A DNA stretch of 64,000 nucleotides from Puccinia triticina (Eukaryota): the NCBI GenBank assembly GCA_026914245.1, contig CP110439.1, positions 1,054,001 through 1,118,000 on the forward strand, read 5' to 3'. Every line of letters starts with the position of its first letter. Position 1 is the first letter of the stretch. A program made the position numbers and the translations under genes. The notes beneath the pieces were generated by a model. The model was given only the letters and a program-made list of their open reading frames with translations. It was not told where the DNA came from and did no database searches. Shown piece after piece: positions 63,631-64,000 of the stretch.

Positions 63631-64000
63631 ATGTCGGACGCTCCCGTCAACACTATCAAGTAGAATACGCAGCTTGAATGGCACGGGCCGAGGAAACGGC
63701 CGCTATCCGCGCAGCGCGGTTGGAGGACGCTTTTGCGAGACTACTCGAGGGACCCCTAACAACTGGACGCTCCCAGACGGTAGCAATAGACCATGTCAAA
63801 CATTGCTGTTTCAACAAATCTGACGCACCAAAGTACGTGGGCCCATACATGAACGTTGAGCCTTTTCTGGTGTGGATCAACGGTGTGGAAATCTTTTTCA
63901 CGTCTAAGGATTTCACAATGGATTGGGATAAAATCCTCATCATTGGACGCTTAATCTTGGAAACCAACTTGCTCTCGTTCTTTCAAGCTGAAGCCCAGAA
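63631..64000 (+). pseudogene. Degenerate Ty3/gypsy gag-like ORF, truncated by the window end
   Basis: Frame from 63678 reads ...SDAPKYVGPYMNVEPFLVWINGVEIFFTSK...DKILIIGRLILETNLLSFF, resembling fungal gypsy gag from memory. Upstream stop and frameshift. Confidence 0.6.

Noticed and set aside
1..64000. tRNA, rRNA or snRNA genes
   Set aside because: None recognisable by eye; tRNAscan-SE or Infernal would be needed to exclude them.

Overview
Eukaryotic, intron-rich, transposon-dense fungal DNA. Gene style and repeat families suggest a rust fungus (Puccinia-like); this is inference. Host genes: a Sec7/ARF-GEF running off the left edge, a Ser/Thr kinase, a putative secreted protein, a divergent ClpP/LSM6 pair, a DEAH helicase (DHX57-like) and a laccase with micro-exons. 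About 8-30 kb is a nest of mobile elements. These include a 5.3-kb Tc1/IS630-type (DD34E) transposon with ~330-bp TIRs carrying a second, convergent gene; a pol-less LTR element whose 5' LTR is interrupted by a complete hAT transposon; and several MITEs, solo LTRs and old CpG-depleted repeats. The most unusual structure is the two-gene Tc1 element, whose TIR appears to encode the ATG, first exon and first intron of both inward-facing genes. A second recurring signal is a hairpin / 5'-splice-site / polypyrimidine / direct-repeat layout shared by four sequence-divergent LTR-like repeats. All exon boundaries were read by eye and no database searches were run.
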